Shown here: positions 24,167-37,372 of the stretch, in pieces | Position numbering within the stretch: position 1 is the stretch's first letter | How the letters are laid out: each line of letters begins with the position of its first letter | From: Octopus vulgaris | Lineage: Eukaryota | DNA length: 64,000 nt | Direction: 5' to 3' | NCBI GenBank assembly: GCA_951406725.2 | Contig: OX597817.1 | Coordinates: 93,682,001-93,746,000 of the forward strand | Position numbers and translations under genes: made by a program | The notes under the pieces: model-generated | The model's database searches: none | Seen by the model: the letters and a program-made list of their open reading frames with translations, nothing else | Told to the model about the DNA's origin: nothing

Positions 24167-24925
24167 TGTACATTTAAGCACATAAGAGATGGTCATAACT
24201 GGACATCTGACTCGCTAGAAAGAGTAATTAAACTACAAACCACTAATAGTTGTAATTCTGAAAGGGAATGAAAAATAAAAACATTTACCCTATTTTTCCT
24301 GGACTATGCATAGTTTCAGGCAATCATTTGTAAATAAAATAATTTACAATTGGTGTTGCCCTCTTTAGCAGGAAGCCAAGGTTAACATATAGATACGAGG
24401 CGATAAAGAACATACCTCGTGTTTATATGGATTTTCAAAAATTATAACATATAAACACGAGGCATGTTCTGGAACTCGACTGAGGAAAGAAAACTCTGAA
24501 TGACTCGTCCTTGTTTTCTTTGTATCGTCTATCTGGCTGTTTTGTTGTCCCTTTTGTGTATCACCCAACTGTCTGGATGCTTTGCGTTCTTGTCCCATTC
24601 TGTATTATAGATAGATAGATTGATAGATAGATTCAGATGAATATGGTACTTAAGTTGAGGCACCAGAATTTAGTACGGTATTATCCATACAATTTCAAAA
24701 TAAGGTGATTAAAACCAAAATAAGCAACAAGGATATCCAGTCATTACATCAATTTAATGCAGAGCAATCCTCAGCTGCATAAAGACATAGAATTTAATTA
24801 AATTAAAACAGATGGACACATTAGTATAATTTACATAAAATCTCCAAGAAGGTAAGGAGATAGACAAAGAGCATGCTGTCTTCATTTCAGCTTAGAAGCT
24901 ATTGAGGTATCAGGAAGAAAGACTT

Positions 24926-25184
24926 GTTACAGAATTTGCTTGTCTCTGTTTTATGGTGTCAGTTTTAATATATAGACTAGTTTATTGAATCTTTCTATAT
25001 CTAAGGCCAAAAGAACAAGGAGTAGTGCCTGCTAGGAAAAGGGCTGAGGGGGTCGACAGAAATCATATTGGGTATAGTCATAAAAAACTATCAAGATTTA
25101 TTTGAAGCAATATAATGAAATTTGATAAACTAGTCTATAAATTAAAACTGACCCCATAAAATAGTGACAAGCAAAATCTGTAAC
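24926..25184. mobile_element. MITE-like element with ~65-bp imperfect TIRs
   Basis: gttacagaatttgcttgtctctgttttatggtgtcagttttaatatatagactagtttat (24926-24986) versus the inverted copy ataaactagtctataaattaaaactgaccccataaaatagtgacaagcaaaatctgtaac (25125-25184). Confidence 0.7.
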
Positions 25185-25470
25185 AGCCCCAAGGAAAAAC
25201 TAAGCTAAGTGCATTAGAGGCCTTGGAAGAAAGCAGCGAATGTATACGAAAACAAGGAAGAAAGAAAACGGAGAATGTTACACAAATACAAATAACAGGA
25301 TATAACAACAGGTATCTTTCGACTAAGGACGAATTAAATTAAGCTGGCGTGTATGGAAATAAAGCTTTACGGCAGGGATACAAGATTTGACAGGCACAGG
25401 GAAGAATATAGATGTTGCACGGACGAAGGCCGAACCAAGAAAGATCAGGCTTGGCCGAACAACCGGTCAC

Positions 25471-25509
<39 letters not shown>

Positions 25510-26409
25510 CTTCCAAGTAAGTTTGATATATATATATCATACACGCACATGTAATGGATTGGCTAATAGACAGATAAACATTGTTGTACAAACCATGTGT
25601 AATGCACTGCGAATTTATCAATGAAACGAATACAAATCGTTTTTGTTAATCTATGTTGCGTACTGGTTAACCATTATCCAGATGGCACCAGTCAAAAAAC
25701 TAAGTGACCTTCGTCCCTGGTTTCAGTGTAAATTAATAAACTGTCAATTAACTAATCATCAGCATCACCATAACTGGTGCCAGCAGTAACGTCGCACCAA
25801 CACCACCAACCAATCACCAGCACTACTAGCACCAATACCACTACCACAAATAGTAGTAACAGTAGTACTACCACAGCTGCCGTCGCCACCGTCGTTACCA
25901 CAACCACCATTAATATCTGACCTGTATCCACGTCACACCTTCCTCTATGCATCTATTAGTCATTATTCCCCGCATATATTTCTTGAAGACACGGGTGGGT
26001 GTTATGCTAACCTCACATCCGTCGTTCCCCCACCGATCAGACACACCTTCCTACCGCCTGTCAGACATCCCATCCTCCTCTACCACCCTTCATCCGAATA
26101 CTTTAAATATTTCGGTGTTGTGTTTTATATGTATATATATTATATCTTAGTTATAAATTTCCATTGGAGTGAGAGAGGGTGGAAGTCACTGGTTCACTGC
26201 ATTTATGAGGGCGACTGACAAGGGAGTGTCTCTGACTCAGCATAGAAAAACTATCTCGAGGGATTTCATTAAAAAAGCAGCATATTTTTGTCATTCTCGC
26301 AGATGTTTTATTTCCTTCGATGATATACATCGACGAAAGACATGCGCGCATGCACACGCATGTCCGTGTGTTTGTGTGTGTTTATATATATTCTTTTATT
26401 ATTTCTTTT

Positions 26410-26801
26410 ATTTGTTTCAGTCATTTGACTTGCCGCCATGCTGGAGCACCGCCTTTAATCGAACAAATCGACCCCAAGACTTATTCTTTGCAAGCCTAGT
26501 ACTTATTCTATTGGTCTCTTTTGCCGAACTTCTAAGTTACGGGGACGTAAACACGCCAACATCAGTTGTTAAAAGCGATGGTGGGGGACAAACACACACA
26601 CACACACACATACACACACACACACACATTTATATATACGATGGGGTTCTTTAGGTTTCCGCCTACCAAATCCACCCACAAGCTTTGATCAGCCCGAGGC
26701 TATAGTAGAAAATTGTTGCCCAAGGTGCCACGCAGTGTGACTGAACCCGGAACCATGTGGTTGGTAAGCAAGCTACTTACTACACGGCCGCCTCTGCGCC
26801 T
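26410..26801 (-). mobile_element. tRNA-derived SINE (family A), full length
   Basis: Reverse complement of the 39365-39757 copy, including the internal (CA)n. Confidence 0.85.
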
Positions 26802-26813
26802 ATATATATATAT

Positions 26814-26908
<95 letters not shown>

Positions 26909-26909
<1 letters not shown>

Positions 26910-27791
26910 ACTAGCTTAAGGTGACCCGCTCTACGCGCGGGTAAGAGTGTGGTTGTTACTTTCTGTTTTTTATCACCACATTCTCCCTCTTTGTTTCTCT
27001 CTCCTTTCTCTCTCACTTTCCCACTCTCTTACTCTTCCTTTCTCTCGGACTCTCCCTCGCTTTCTCTTACTCTCTATCTTTATCTATCTATCTCTCTCCC
27101 ATTCATAAACAACAAAAATCTTGAGTAAGTTGAGAAAGAAAATATTTTCAAAGATCAATCATAAATATCAGGCAGTAACAACGGAAAGGTCTGCTTCAAG
27201 GCAGAAAGCAAAACACTAACATTTAAAAGGGACAGACGAACTTGCGAGCTGAATAAAAATAAAAAAATATTGGAAACCAAAGTCTGAAAGGATAGAATCT
27301 GAAGATAGTAGAGTCACCATGGCTGGCATTTCTTAACGACGGACAGCAACGTAGTGGCAGTTTAACGGCTGGCGTAAAATTTTAAACTTGATGTAAAAGA
27401 AAATTCCTAAACACCAAGTTTTGAAGTGATTCTTTCTCACAACAGTCGACTCACCAATGCAAGCATTCAAAACTTCTTCATCATGGACGGCAACACATTG
27501 ACGATTTAAAGGCTGGCGCAAATTTTTTAGCTTGATGTAACAGAGAATTCTTAAACACCTGCTCCTGTAAATTTTAATCCCCTTCCAGCCCCATTCAGAC
27601 CTCTTTTCACATTTTGGTTAATATAACCCGATTTCATTTAAGTCTACTCAGGCCACATTTTATAGGATGAGGAATGTTGTCCCAGATGTCACGCCTTTCA
27701 TTTGAGGAACAAAATAATTGCCATGCAAACTCGCCAGCACTTTTAACATAGGTATGCGTATTTTCAGCTCAACCGATCACATAATGCACAC

Positions 27792-27825
<34 letters not shown>

Positions 27826-29125
27826 TGTGTGTGTGTGTGTACGCATTATATATACAAATGTATACAAATCTCTATATATAAAACTGAAATGCGTTTCAAC
27901 CGCTTGGATCGCTTTCAAGGCCACTACATCCCGTCGGATTCACTCCAAAATTTACAGGGACATGTAAAATGAGGTGACGATGCCCGTGGGCTACCTTAGA
28001 AATCCCTATCTTAAAAGGTGTCGTTGCTAGGGCCAAAAACCCACTTTGACAAGTCCACTCCCGTTCTTTATTTTTTCCTTTTTTCCTCACTCACTCACTC
28101 TATTTCCTACCTTCCCATCACTTTCACTTCGTCAAACGACGTTCTTTTATGTATCTGTCTGCATTCATAGAGAGAATTATCATCGCTACCACCAAAACAC
28201 AATCATGACAACAAATATTATGAATCTCGCCATCGCATTCTATTGTCTGCCTGTCAACGCGCCGATGGAGCAAATACAAACAGAACACACCAACGAGCGT
28301 TCGTGTTCTGGTGATAACGTAGGTTTTTCGTATCTATTACATTTTAACATTTATTTAGAACCCTGCAAATTTTTCGTGCTAAATTTTCATTTTTTACTAC
28401 TTTATTATTTTTTCTTAAATTGATGCTTTTATTAAAATTAATTCTAATTGTCTGGGTCAACAGTTCGTTTCCTCGGAGGATAGGGAAATTCCTATTACCC
28501 GTCAGAGAAATAACTCCAGCATAAAATATTTAGAAAGATCAATCATAAATATCAGGCAGTGGCAACGGAAAGGTCTGCTTCAAGGCAGAAAGCAAAACAC
28601 TAACATTTAAAAGGGAGAGACGAACTTGCGAGCTGAATAAAAATAAAAAAATATTGGAAACCAAAGTATGAAAGGATAGAATCTGAGGATAGTAGAGTCA
28701 CCATGGCTGGCATTTCTTAACGACGGACAGCAACGTAGTGGCAGTTTAATGGCTGGTGTAAAATTTTGAACTTGATGTAAAAGAAATTTCCTAAACACCA
28801 AGTTTTGAAGTGATTCTTTCTCACGACAGTCGACTCACCATGGCAAGCATTCAAAACTTCTTCATCATGGACGGCAACACATTCACGATTTAAAGGCTGG
28901 AGCAAATTTTTTAGCTTGATGTAACAGAGAATTCCTAAACACCTGCTCCTGTAAATTTTAATCCCTTCCAGCCCCATTTAGACCTCTTTTCACATTTTGG
29001 TTAATATAACCTGATTTCATTTAGGTCTACTCGGGTCACATTTTATAAGATGAGGAATTTTGTCCTTGAGGTCACGCCTTTCATTTGAGGAAAAAAATAG
29101 TTACCATGCAAACTCGCCAGCAGCA
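26909..29125. mobile_element. Helitron/Helentron-like non-autonomous repeat region with a ~590-bp direct duplication
   Basis: Starts tactagc...acccgctctacgcgcgggt (hairpin-forming 5' end). 27150-27738 and 28537-29122 are highly similar and contain internal sub-repeats (gactcacca..gc..gcatt, gacgg..caac). Confidence 0.5.
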
Positions 29126-29407
29126 TTTATTAAAATAAAGGTATTCAGAACAAAGAATAACATGTAACAAAAACAATTTGCAAATATATTTACATTCCCA
29201 TATAACAGTTAAGAGCATCACCATTATTGTATTACGCATACGCGGAAGTGTTTGTTCGACTAGGTTCTGCTGGCTTAATTACGCACGACTCAAGTTAGAG
29301 AAGGAGTGCATATTATATAGAAGGTTAAGATTTTTCAGAGGTATAGTCCCCTAAAAATCCCCTGCGTATTATACTCAAGGGCGGACTATACTCGAGGATT
29401 TACGGTA

Positions 29408-30877
29408 ATAAAAGAGGAATGAATATAAAAATACATTACGCAGGATATATCGTAAACAATTCAAAATTATTTACGAATATATCAGTGGCTAGAACATGGA
29501 ATCAAAAAATTTTTTCATAAAAGAATTGTTTATAATTGTGATTAAATCACAGTTATAACGGAGAGGGTTCTAAAAACCTTTACATGTCAAGAAATACCAG
29601 TCAAAACCGCTATATAACCACTATAACCACTTCTTATAAGTGCAGTGCATGACGTTTAAGTTTAGAATTTGAATTGTGTAGATGGACGTTAACACATTAT
29701 TCTTGCCGGTCGGGACACATGTTAAGCCCCAAGGTATGTTTTTTTTTTGTGTGTGTTAATTTCTATGTACAAGAATATTTTCCCGACGAGAAGAATGGAT
29801 TCACTTTTGGTTCCTAACTTCGAAATTGCAATAGAGGACTAACCTTTTATTTTTATTTAAATTTTGGTTGAGGAGATATGAGTGAATATAGTGACTTTAT
29901 AGCGGTTTTGACTGCTATTTCTAGGTATGTAAGGGTTTTTATAACCCTCTCCGTGATAATTGTGATTTATTCACAATTATATAGCCTTCTTTCACGAAAA
30001 CGGCACATATCAACACAATTTCTAGTTAACTAAACACTTTAAAACTTCGTATACTGGTAGAATGTGTCAAAATAAAACATTTTTTTCTCTTGGCTTTCTT
30101 GAGAAAATTGTAATTTGTTTGTTTAACGTAGTTTAATTTTTCGAATTTTAACCAATGAATCGCCTCTAGTGAGCTAAAATCATTTGCTGCGTCTAAAACT
30201 GAGACGACATCCTGTCACTAACCCTAACCCCCCCTTCCCCTCACCCTAACCCTAAATTTTAGTCTTTCGTATTTTTTTTCTTAATTGTTAAATTAATTTA
30301 ATTGTTACGCATGTGTCTAAAATTATTCGTTTTGTTTTTGTTTTGAGTTTTTGCTTTCGTTTTAGCCTTTCGTTATGTATACGTACGGAAAGCGTGTGTA
30401 TAAAATTATAGAATTATTTTGTTTGTTAATTGTTTAAATTATTTTCCATTGCTTTCGTTTTAGCCTTTCGTTTTTTTTTTCTCAATTGTTATCCTTAAAT
30501 TAATTTAACAATTAGGGTGAGGGTGAGGTTAGGGTTAGTGACAGGATGGTGTCTCAGTTTTAGACGCAGCAAATGATTTTGCTCAATTAGAGGCAATTGA
30601 TTGGTTAAAATTCGAAATATTAAACTACGTTAAACAAACGAATTACAATTTTCTCAAGAAAGCCAAGAGCAAAAAAATGTTTTATTTTGACACATTCTAC
30701 CAGTATACGAAGTTTTAAAGTGTTTATTTAACTAGAAATTGTGTTGATATGTGCCGTTCAAAAGGAAAAGATCCCCAAGTTCTTGATTACATGTTCTGGT
30801 CACTGATATATTAGTAAATAATTTTGAAATGTTTATGATATATCCTGCGTAATATATTTTTACATTTATTCCTCTTA
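29408..30877. mobile_element. Foldback/MITE with long TIRs, carrying a nested MITE
   Basis: 29412-29510 is inverted to 30778-30877, and 29520-29630 is inverted to 29885-29998. The right TIR is split by the nested element at 30001-30776. Confidence 0.75.
30001..30776. mobile_element. Nested foldback MITE (~250-bp TIRs), related to the 18561 family
   Basis: cggcacatatcaacacaatttctagtt...cactaaccctaacc mirrored by ggttagggttagtg...aactagaaattgtgttgatatgtgccgttcaaaaggaaaagatcccc. The left terminus is missing. Confidence 0.8.
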
Positions 30878-30882
30878 TATGT

Positions 30883-30967
<85 letters not shown>

Positions 30968-31053
30968 TCAACTACAGTAGCAGTTGAATAATATTCTTAA
31001 GGTCGCAATTAACTGACACGCAGCATCTTTCAGAGCTTGTCGCTAATTGAGTA

Positions 31054-32757
31054 CCGTAATCCGGGGTGAATAGGGACAATTTTGAGGTTCAAATGCATGT
31101 CGCTAAGCGACTGCAATAGCCTTTACTGATTAATTTAGTAGGATTTATGTCCCTACCGGTAACCTACCGACGCGCATTGAAACTTTATCAAAATTCGTTG
31201 GCACACCCATTTAAAAAAAGAAAACACTGTCCCTATTCACCCTATCGATTGGAGGTGAATAGGGACAGTTATCTACAACACACTATTGGACCTATTCAAC
31301 TAGCTGCAGGGTGAATACGGACAAAAAAAAAAAAAAAAACTAGAGGTAAACAAAGTGATACGAAGTGAACAGATTATTGGCAGAATTAAAAGGATGTGCC
31401 GAATTTGGTGGCAGAAATATGAAGGATATATCTTTCTCCTCACAGGCTTTTATCACTTCTAAGGACAAATGTGAACTTAGATTGTCGCCAATCAAAACTT
31501 TTTTCCTGCCAGTTTTTTCAGATAATGTAAGGCTATGGTTGTAAACCAGTCACTGAAACTTTGAAGATCAAACCAACCCGACTTCTGTTGTATCGGGTAC
31601 CTTTTGGCCCACCGAGTGTCCATGTGTCGTACTGGTTAACAGCCTTGTACACAATGTAAGGAGGGAGAATAGTACCATCAGCCGCGGCGGCGTACATCAA
31701 AGAAGTAGATGCTTTAGAGGTGTTTGTAATACCTCGCTTGGTGATGACTTTTGTCCGCCCCGGGTCGTCCATTAGATTTGTTTCATCGTAGTTCACAATA
31801 TTTGGTGCAGGTATACCATCTAAGCTCTCAGAGTTTATTGTAGGTCGAGAGACGGCGGCTCGTGCTCGTTTGATATTCTGGCATATTCGTTCTCTTAAAC
31901 TGATTAATTTGGTGGGATTTATGTCCCTACCGGTAACCTACCGATGTGCATTGAAACTTTATCAAAATTCTTTGGCACACCCATTTTATGTCTCATGAAA
32001 AATGACCCAGCCCAATCTACACCAGGCATATTCCCTTTGAATCTTTTCACATCGACACCTCGACGATCCATGTATCCTTTAACGATCAGTCGCAAATCAC
32101 AGGAGTCCATCGCATAGCCCCAAGAGGCGCACATCACGAGCCTTTGTACAAGAATGTCCTCCTCATCTGAAGATAAAACAGTTTGTCCACCATGTTCCTT
32201 GATATTTTTCCCAACTTGATGTGCCAATGAAGAACACTCTTAGGAATTTTGAAGTCCTCTTCTGCTTTTCTGAGTATCATTCCGTTGACGATAGCTCTTT
32301 TGGCGGCCTCTAACCGCTCAGGATCTATTTTGGCGTATTTTTTCTTCCCAGGAACTGGTTTGTACTGTCGTGGCATTGTGTCTCTATTCACCCCTACAAA
32401 ACACCAAAATAGGAGTGAAAGAAGAAATAGGCGTTCCGGGAAATCAGACACATGCACTGTGTGTTTGGAAACCTGCTGCAAGAGACTGAGCGGGTTGGAG
32501 CACCCTCGCTGGTACAACCTCTCCTGCTAAAAGAAAGTTCCGACAACTTCATCTTTTCGTGACAAAAACGAAACTGGGAATTCTGGTTGGCATGGCTACC
32601 GGCAGGATGATAATATCAAAGTGATCTCATTGAATGAAAGGCATATATATGTACCTACAAAATAACTAGAAAGAAACGAGCACAATTTGAGTCATCTCAC
32701 CTTTATTGTTATAAATATTTTTCCCCAGTTATTGTCCCTATTCACCCCGGATTACGG
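31054..32757 (-). mobile_element. pogo/Tigger-family DNA transposon with both TIRs; transposase disrupted
   Basis: 27-bp TIRs ccgtaatccggggtgaatagggacaat (31054-31080) / attgtccctattcaccccggattacgg (32731-32757), TA on the left. HTH_psq MPRQYK...FKIPKSVLH, CENP-B-type GGQTVLSSDEE...PGVDWAGSFFMRH, DDE_1 NYDETNL...DGTILPPYIVYKA and LIGDNLSSH...FLPPNSAH. Confidence 0.92.
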
Positions 32758-33254
32758 TTCTTAACCAAATTGAGAACTGTTAACATTTATGAAGAGGACT
32801 AGTCCCAGCTACATTTTGGCATAAAAAAATTTAAGATTTGATCCAGTAGAAAAAAGTTTACATTAAAATTTGTAGCAACGTTATATGAGAGTAGGTAGCG
32901 CCACTAATCTAGTTTAGATCTAAATAAATTCTTTTATTTTAAAGGCAAAATATATTTATTTTAGTTTCAATGATAGAAGAAAGCATGAAGAATTTCATAG
33001 CTTTGTTCCATGCAACAAAAATTTGTATCAAAAAATTTGTGAGGTAAAATATCACGAAAAAAATATAAGGCAAAAGTTGGATTTAAGTATAATTTTTTTT
33101 TAAAAAAACAAACTATATGTTAATTAAGCTTAAATGATAGAGCTCAATTAGAGGAATTTCATGGTATATATCAACACACACACATACAGCTTGTCGTGTG
33201 TAGATATATATACACACGACAAGCTGTGTGTGTGTGTAGATATATACACACGAC

Positions 33255-33402
33255 AAGCTTCTTTCAGTTTCCGTCTACCAAATCCACTCACAAGGCTTTG
33301 ATCGCCCCGGGCTTATAGCTAAAAACATTTGCCCAAGGTGCTACGCTTATATCCGTACCCGTATGGATGGGAAGCAAACTTCTTACCACACAGCCACGCC
33401 TA
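33255..33402 (-). mobile_element. SINE family A 5' half
   Basis: ctttcagtttccgtctaccaaatccactcacaaggcttt...ttgcccaaggtg...cttaccacacagccacgccta. Confidence 0.8.
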
Positions 33403-35913
33403 CATTCTCATGTGTTGAGTTCGAGACCTCATGATGAAATTCTTGCATACATTATTGCATAATATAGCAATATTCATAAGATCGAATTTCAACGAAATTG
33501 AAATGTAAACTGATGTAATTAAAAGGACTTGCTCATTCCTTTCTCCATGTTTGTAAATAAGTGTATATATATGTGAGTATGTGTGAATTCGTATATGCAC
33601 ATATGTTTGTAAAAAAAATTGAGTGAATATTCATTATTCTAAAAATTGCACGATATAGCGAATTCAGCGTACATGTCCGAGGGATCAGCTAAACTTTCAA
33701 GCGATTTAAAATTACAAGGTTGAAGACATGGTAAAATCCACACAATTTGATATGGCTGCCTTCCAAGAGAGTCTCTATCTCCAACATCACTATACAAAAT
33801 GTATTTAAAAATCTAGAAGCAGAAAAGTTTCGTTTCTAATACTATTGTATAGAAATAATTTGACAATGATAAATGTTTAACATTGGTGATATGTAAACTC
33901 ATCATTGACTCAATAGCCAGTGATACAGATCACCGTAGTAAGATTCTATGTCGTGATAGAGCTACAGTTGGTAGCTCCATCCCGGTATTGGGGGCACTGT
34001 CTAATAGTTTAGTAAAGGCTTATGATAACCGACATGAAATACTTGATGTTTGCTTTCAATCATTACAGCTACTGCTAGGGCTGGTTACCTCGACATTACT
34101 TTGATACCTCCATTATAAAAGACAACTATTTAGAGCTCCAAGAGAAAGATTTGATACCAAGCTTGAAAAAGGATAAAAAACTATTCCTGAGCAAGGTGTA
34201 AGTACCGCCGCACAAGGATTTCATTATGATAATTCTTTAATCTTTTATCGTTTACTTGTTTCAATCTTGAAGAGTTAGATATGTTACTTATTCTATCATT
34301 CCCCTTTGACGTACCGACTGTTAAGTTACGAGGATGGATGTAAACAAACCAACACCGTATTCAGTCCCATTGCGTGACAGCATGAGCAGATGTCTTGATG
34401 TATATATATATATATATATACACATATATATATATGATGGACTCTCCTGTCGATAGACTACGCATGAGGGTTCGACAATTGCTTACCGAACTAACACACT
34501 GATGATTTGTTTATAGTGATCAAATGTTTGTGTACACATAAGCTCACTCCCCTCATCAAACACCGGTTCGATTTCCACTCATTTATTCATACTTCTTCTT
34601 CCGAAATTTCCGTTGTCTTTTGCCACCTTGTCAATGGATGTTGACTCTGTCCGTTATTGGAGCTGTCTGTTTGTGAGCATGTGTGTGCGTCAGTGTGCAT
34701 GCGTATGCACGTATGTATGTATGTATGTATGTATGTATGTATGTATGTATGTATGTATGTATGTATGTATGTATGTATGTATGTATGTATGTATGTATGT
34801 ATGTATGTATGTATGTATGTATGTATGTATGTATGCATGCATGTATGTGTGTGTATGCATATATGTATGTATGCGTGTGTGTACGTAAATATGTATATAT
34901 GTATTCTGTATATTAATGTGTTTGTGTGTGCATGCTTGTGCATTTGTATGTGTGTGTGTGTGCCTCTATCTCCTTGTGTATGTGCGTTTGAATGTGTTTA
35001 TATGTACGGGTTTGAGTGACTATGTACGTTCGTCTGTTATGTACGGATGTGTGTCTCCATATGTGTATTTGTGTACGCGTGTGTGGAGTGTGTGTGTGTA
35101 TATGGCTTCGTCTCCTTTTGTGTTTGTGCGTGTGTATGAACGGTGCTTGTCTGTCCGTATTATCTATATACCCATTTATTTACTTACCTATGTACCTATC
35201 TGTTTCCTTGCATATCCATTTACCTGCCTACCTACCTACCTACCTACCTACCTACCTACCTACCTACCTACCTATATATATATGTGTGTGTGTGTGTCTG
35301 TGTGTGCCAGATAGAGCTTGCTTTTTATATTGTGTCCACGTATAAGCTCTTTATCTCGCTATACTTTTTACATATATTTTAAAATATTTTTTCACATATT
35401 TTTTTACATATTTATAGACATATATTTTTATATTCTTATTGCTTTACACATTTCTTTCTGTATTCTACCTTTCACCCTGCATTTTACCTGTGCATGTGCG
35501 TATATAGACGTGTATATGAACTTTTTTGTGCGCGCATGTGTGTGTGCATGTGTGCGGGTATGTATATCTGTACATGTATATGTACATGTGTATGGTTGCA
35601 TATACACGTGGGTGTACATGCGAATGTTCTACGCGAGTGCGAGTGAGCATATAGCATGTGCGTACTTTTAGACGTGTATTTGAATATAACTGTGCGCGTA
35701 TGGGTATGTGCACGTGTATGTGCGCGCGTGTGTGGATACGTACACGTGTACATGCTTGGTTGCATATATATGTGCATCAATTGGCGTATGTATGGGTGCG
35801 CATGTGAGTGTTTCATGCGAGTGTGAGTGAGCATATGCATATAGGCATATGTACATGGGTGTGCGTGCGCGCATATCTATGTATGTACATGCGCGCATAC
35901 ACGATCGCTTTGA

Positions 35914-35950
<37 letters not shown>

Positions 35951-35959
35951 TGTGTGTGT

Positions 35960-36170
35960 TTTTGTACCTTTGTCCCCCATGACCACTTGACAACCGGTGT
36001 TGGTGTGTTCAGGTCCTCGTAAAGTTGCGGTTCGGCAAAAGAGAGGGACACAATAAATACTGGGTTTAAAAAATAAATCCTGATGTTGATTTGTACGACT
36101 AAAACCCTTCAAAGCGGTGTTTCTAACATGGCTGCAGTCAGATGACTGAAACAAGTATAAGGATAAAAGA
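35960..36170 (+). mobile_element. SINE family A 3' half
   Basis: cttgacaaccggtgttggtgtgtt...gcggttcggcaaaagag...gcagtcagatgactgaaacaagt. Confidence 0.75.
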
Positions 36171-36201
36171 ATATATACTTATACATACATACATACATAC
36201 A

Positions 36202-36237
<36 letters not shown>

Positions 36238-36240
36238 TAT

Positions 36241-37246
36241 TGTTGTGAATAGTTCAGGGACACTTCTATGACCTACTTTGCTTGGCTTGGAGACGGGAAG
36301 TCTGCAATGTAAAGTTATAGTCCTTTGTTCACGAAAGAGTGATGGCTTTTGGAAAGACCCCTCTCCTTTTGCCGGTCAAGGAAGGGTCAAAGAAACTATC
36401 TTATAAAAAGGAGCTGTGAGTCTGTAGATCAGTTCCAGCCGAGAGATTGAGGTAGTAACATGACAGACGGGATTACGAGGGAGGCGCAGAGAAAGACAGA
36501 CACACAGTCATGAGAGATGACAGGCGAGAGTATGACGGTAGCGTGAGAGAGAGGGAGATACACGGAGGACTGAGAGCGAGAGAGAGGGCTTGGCAATTAC
36601 GGTAGTAATCGTCTGAAATTGTTCCGGTAAAGTTTTGTTTGTGTCTTTTGGCTGTTGTTGACGGTATATATTTAATTATGTTTTGATATGTGTTACTTAT
36701 GTAAAAGTGCTAAAGAAAAAGAAAGAACAGTGCTAAAGGCTAAAGAAATGTTAAAGAATTGAACAATGTGAATTGAGAAAAGGACTTGTTGATGTGTCAT
36801 AGAGAACAATGTGAATTGTATTGATATGTGAAGAAAAAGAAGGAAAAAAGACAAGAAAAGAACTCTGAACTGTATCGTTAATGTGTACGTTAATTGAACA
36901 TTGATTTGTTACGTGAATTATTTGTGACATGAACATTGTATAGTGTATTGATTTGTTGTTTTCTTTAAATGCTGTTGTTATATTGCATCTGCATGCTGTT
37001 GATTCTGTTGCTTGTATTTACCTGATGTATCACATTGTATTTGTTGTAAAAGTCATATAAACTAGTAGGTTAAACGTAGCCGATTGCCTCTGTGTCTCTT
37101 CCTGCTGCTGCTGTTGTTGTTGTTATCTCTCTCCACTCTGAGATCCGTGGCGAACTTTCCCCGATCGATCGAGCCTGGTCAATCGTCGTCGCTCGACTTG
37201 TTAGGATCCCGGGTTCGAGTTCGGGCGACGGCAGGTGGGATTCCGT

Positions 37247-37250
<4 letters not shown>
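36241..37250 (+). mobile_element. Solo LTR (Gypsy-like), copy 2
   Basis: TGTTG...CGTAACA with ATAT on both sides, inserted in (TA)n. Shares gacctactttgcttggcttggagac...cttataaaaaggagctgtgagtctgta and gggattccgtaaca with copy 1. Confidence 0.8.
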
Positions 37251-37284
<34 letters not shown>

Positions 37285-37317
37285 TTATATATATATATAT
37301 GTGTATTTATATATATA

Positions 37318-37372
<55 letters not shown>

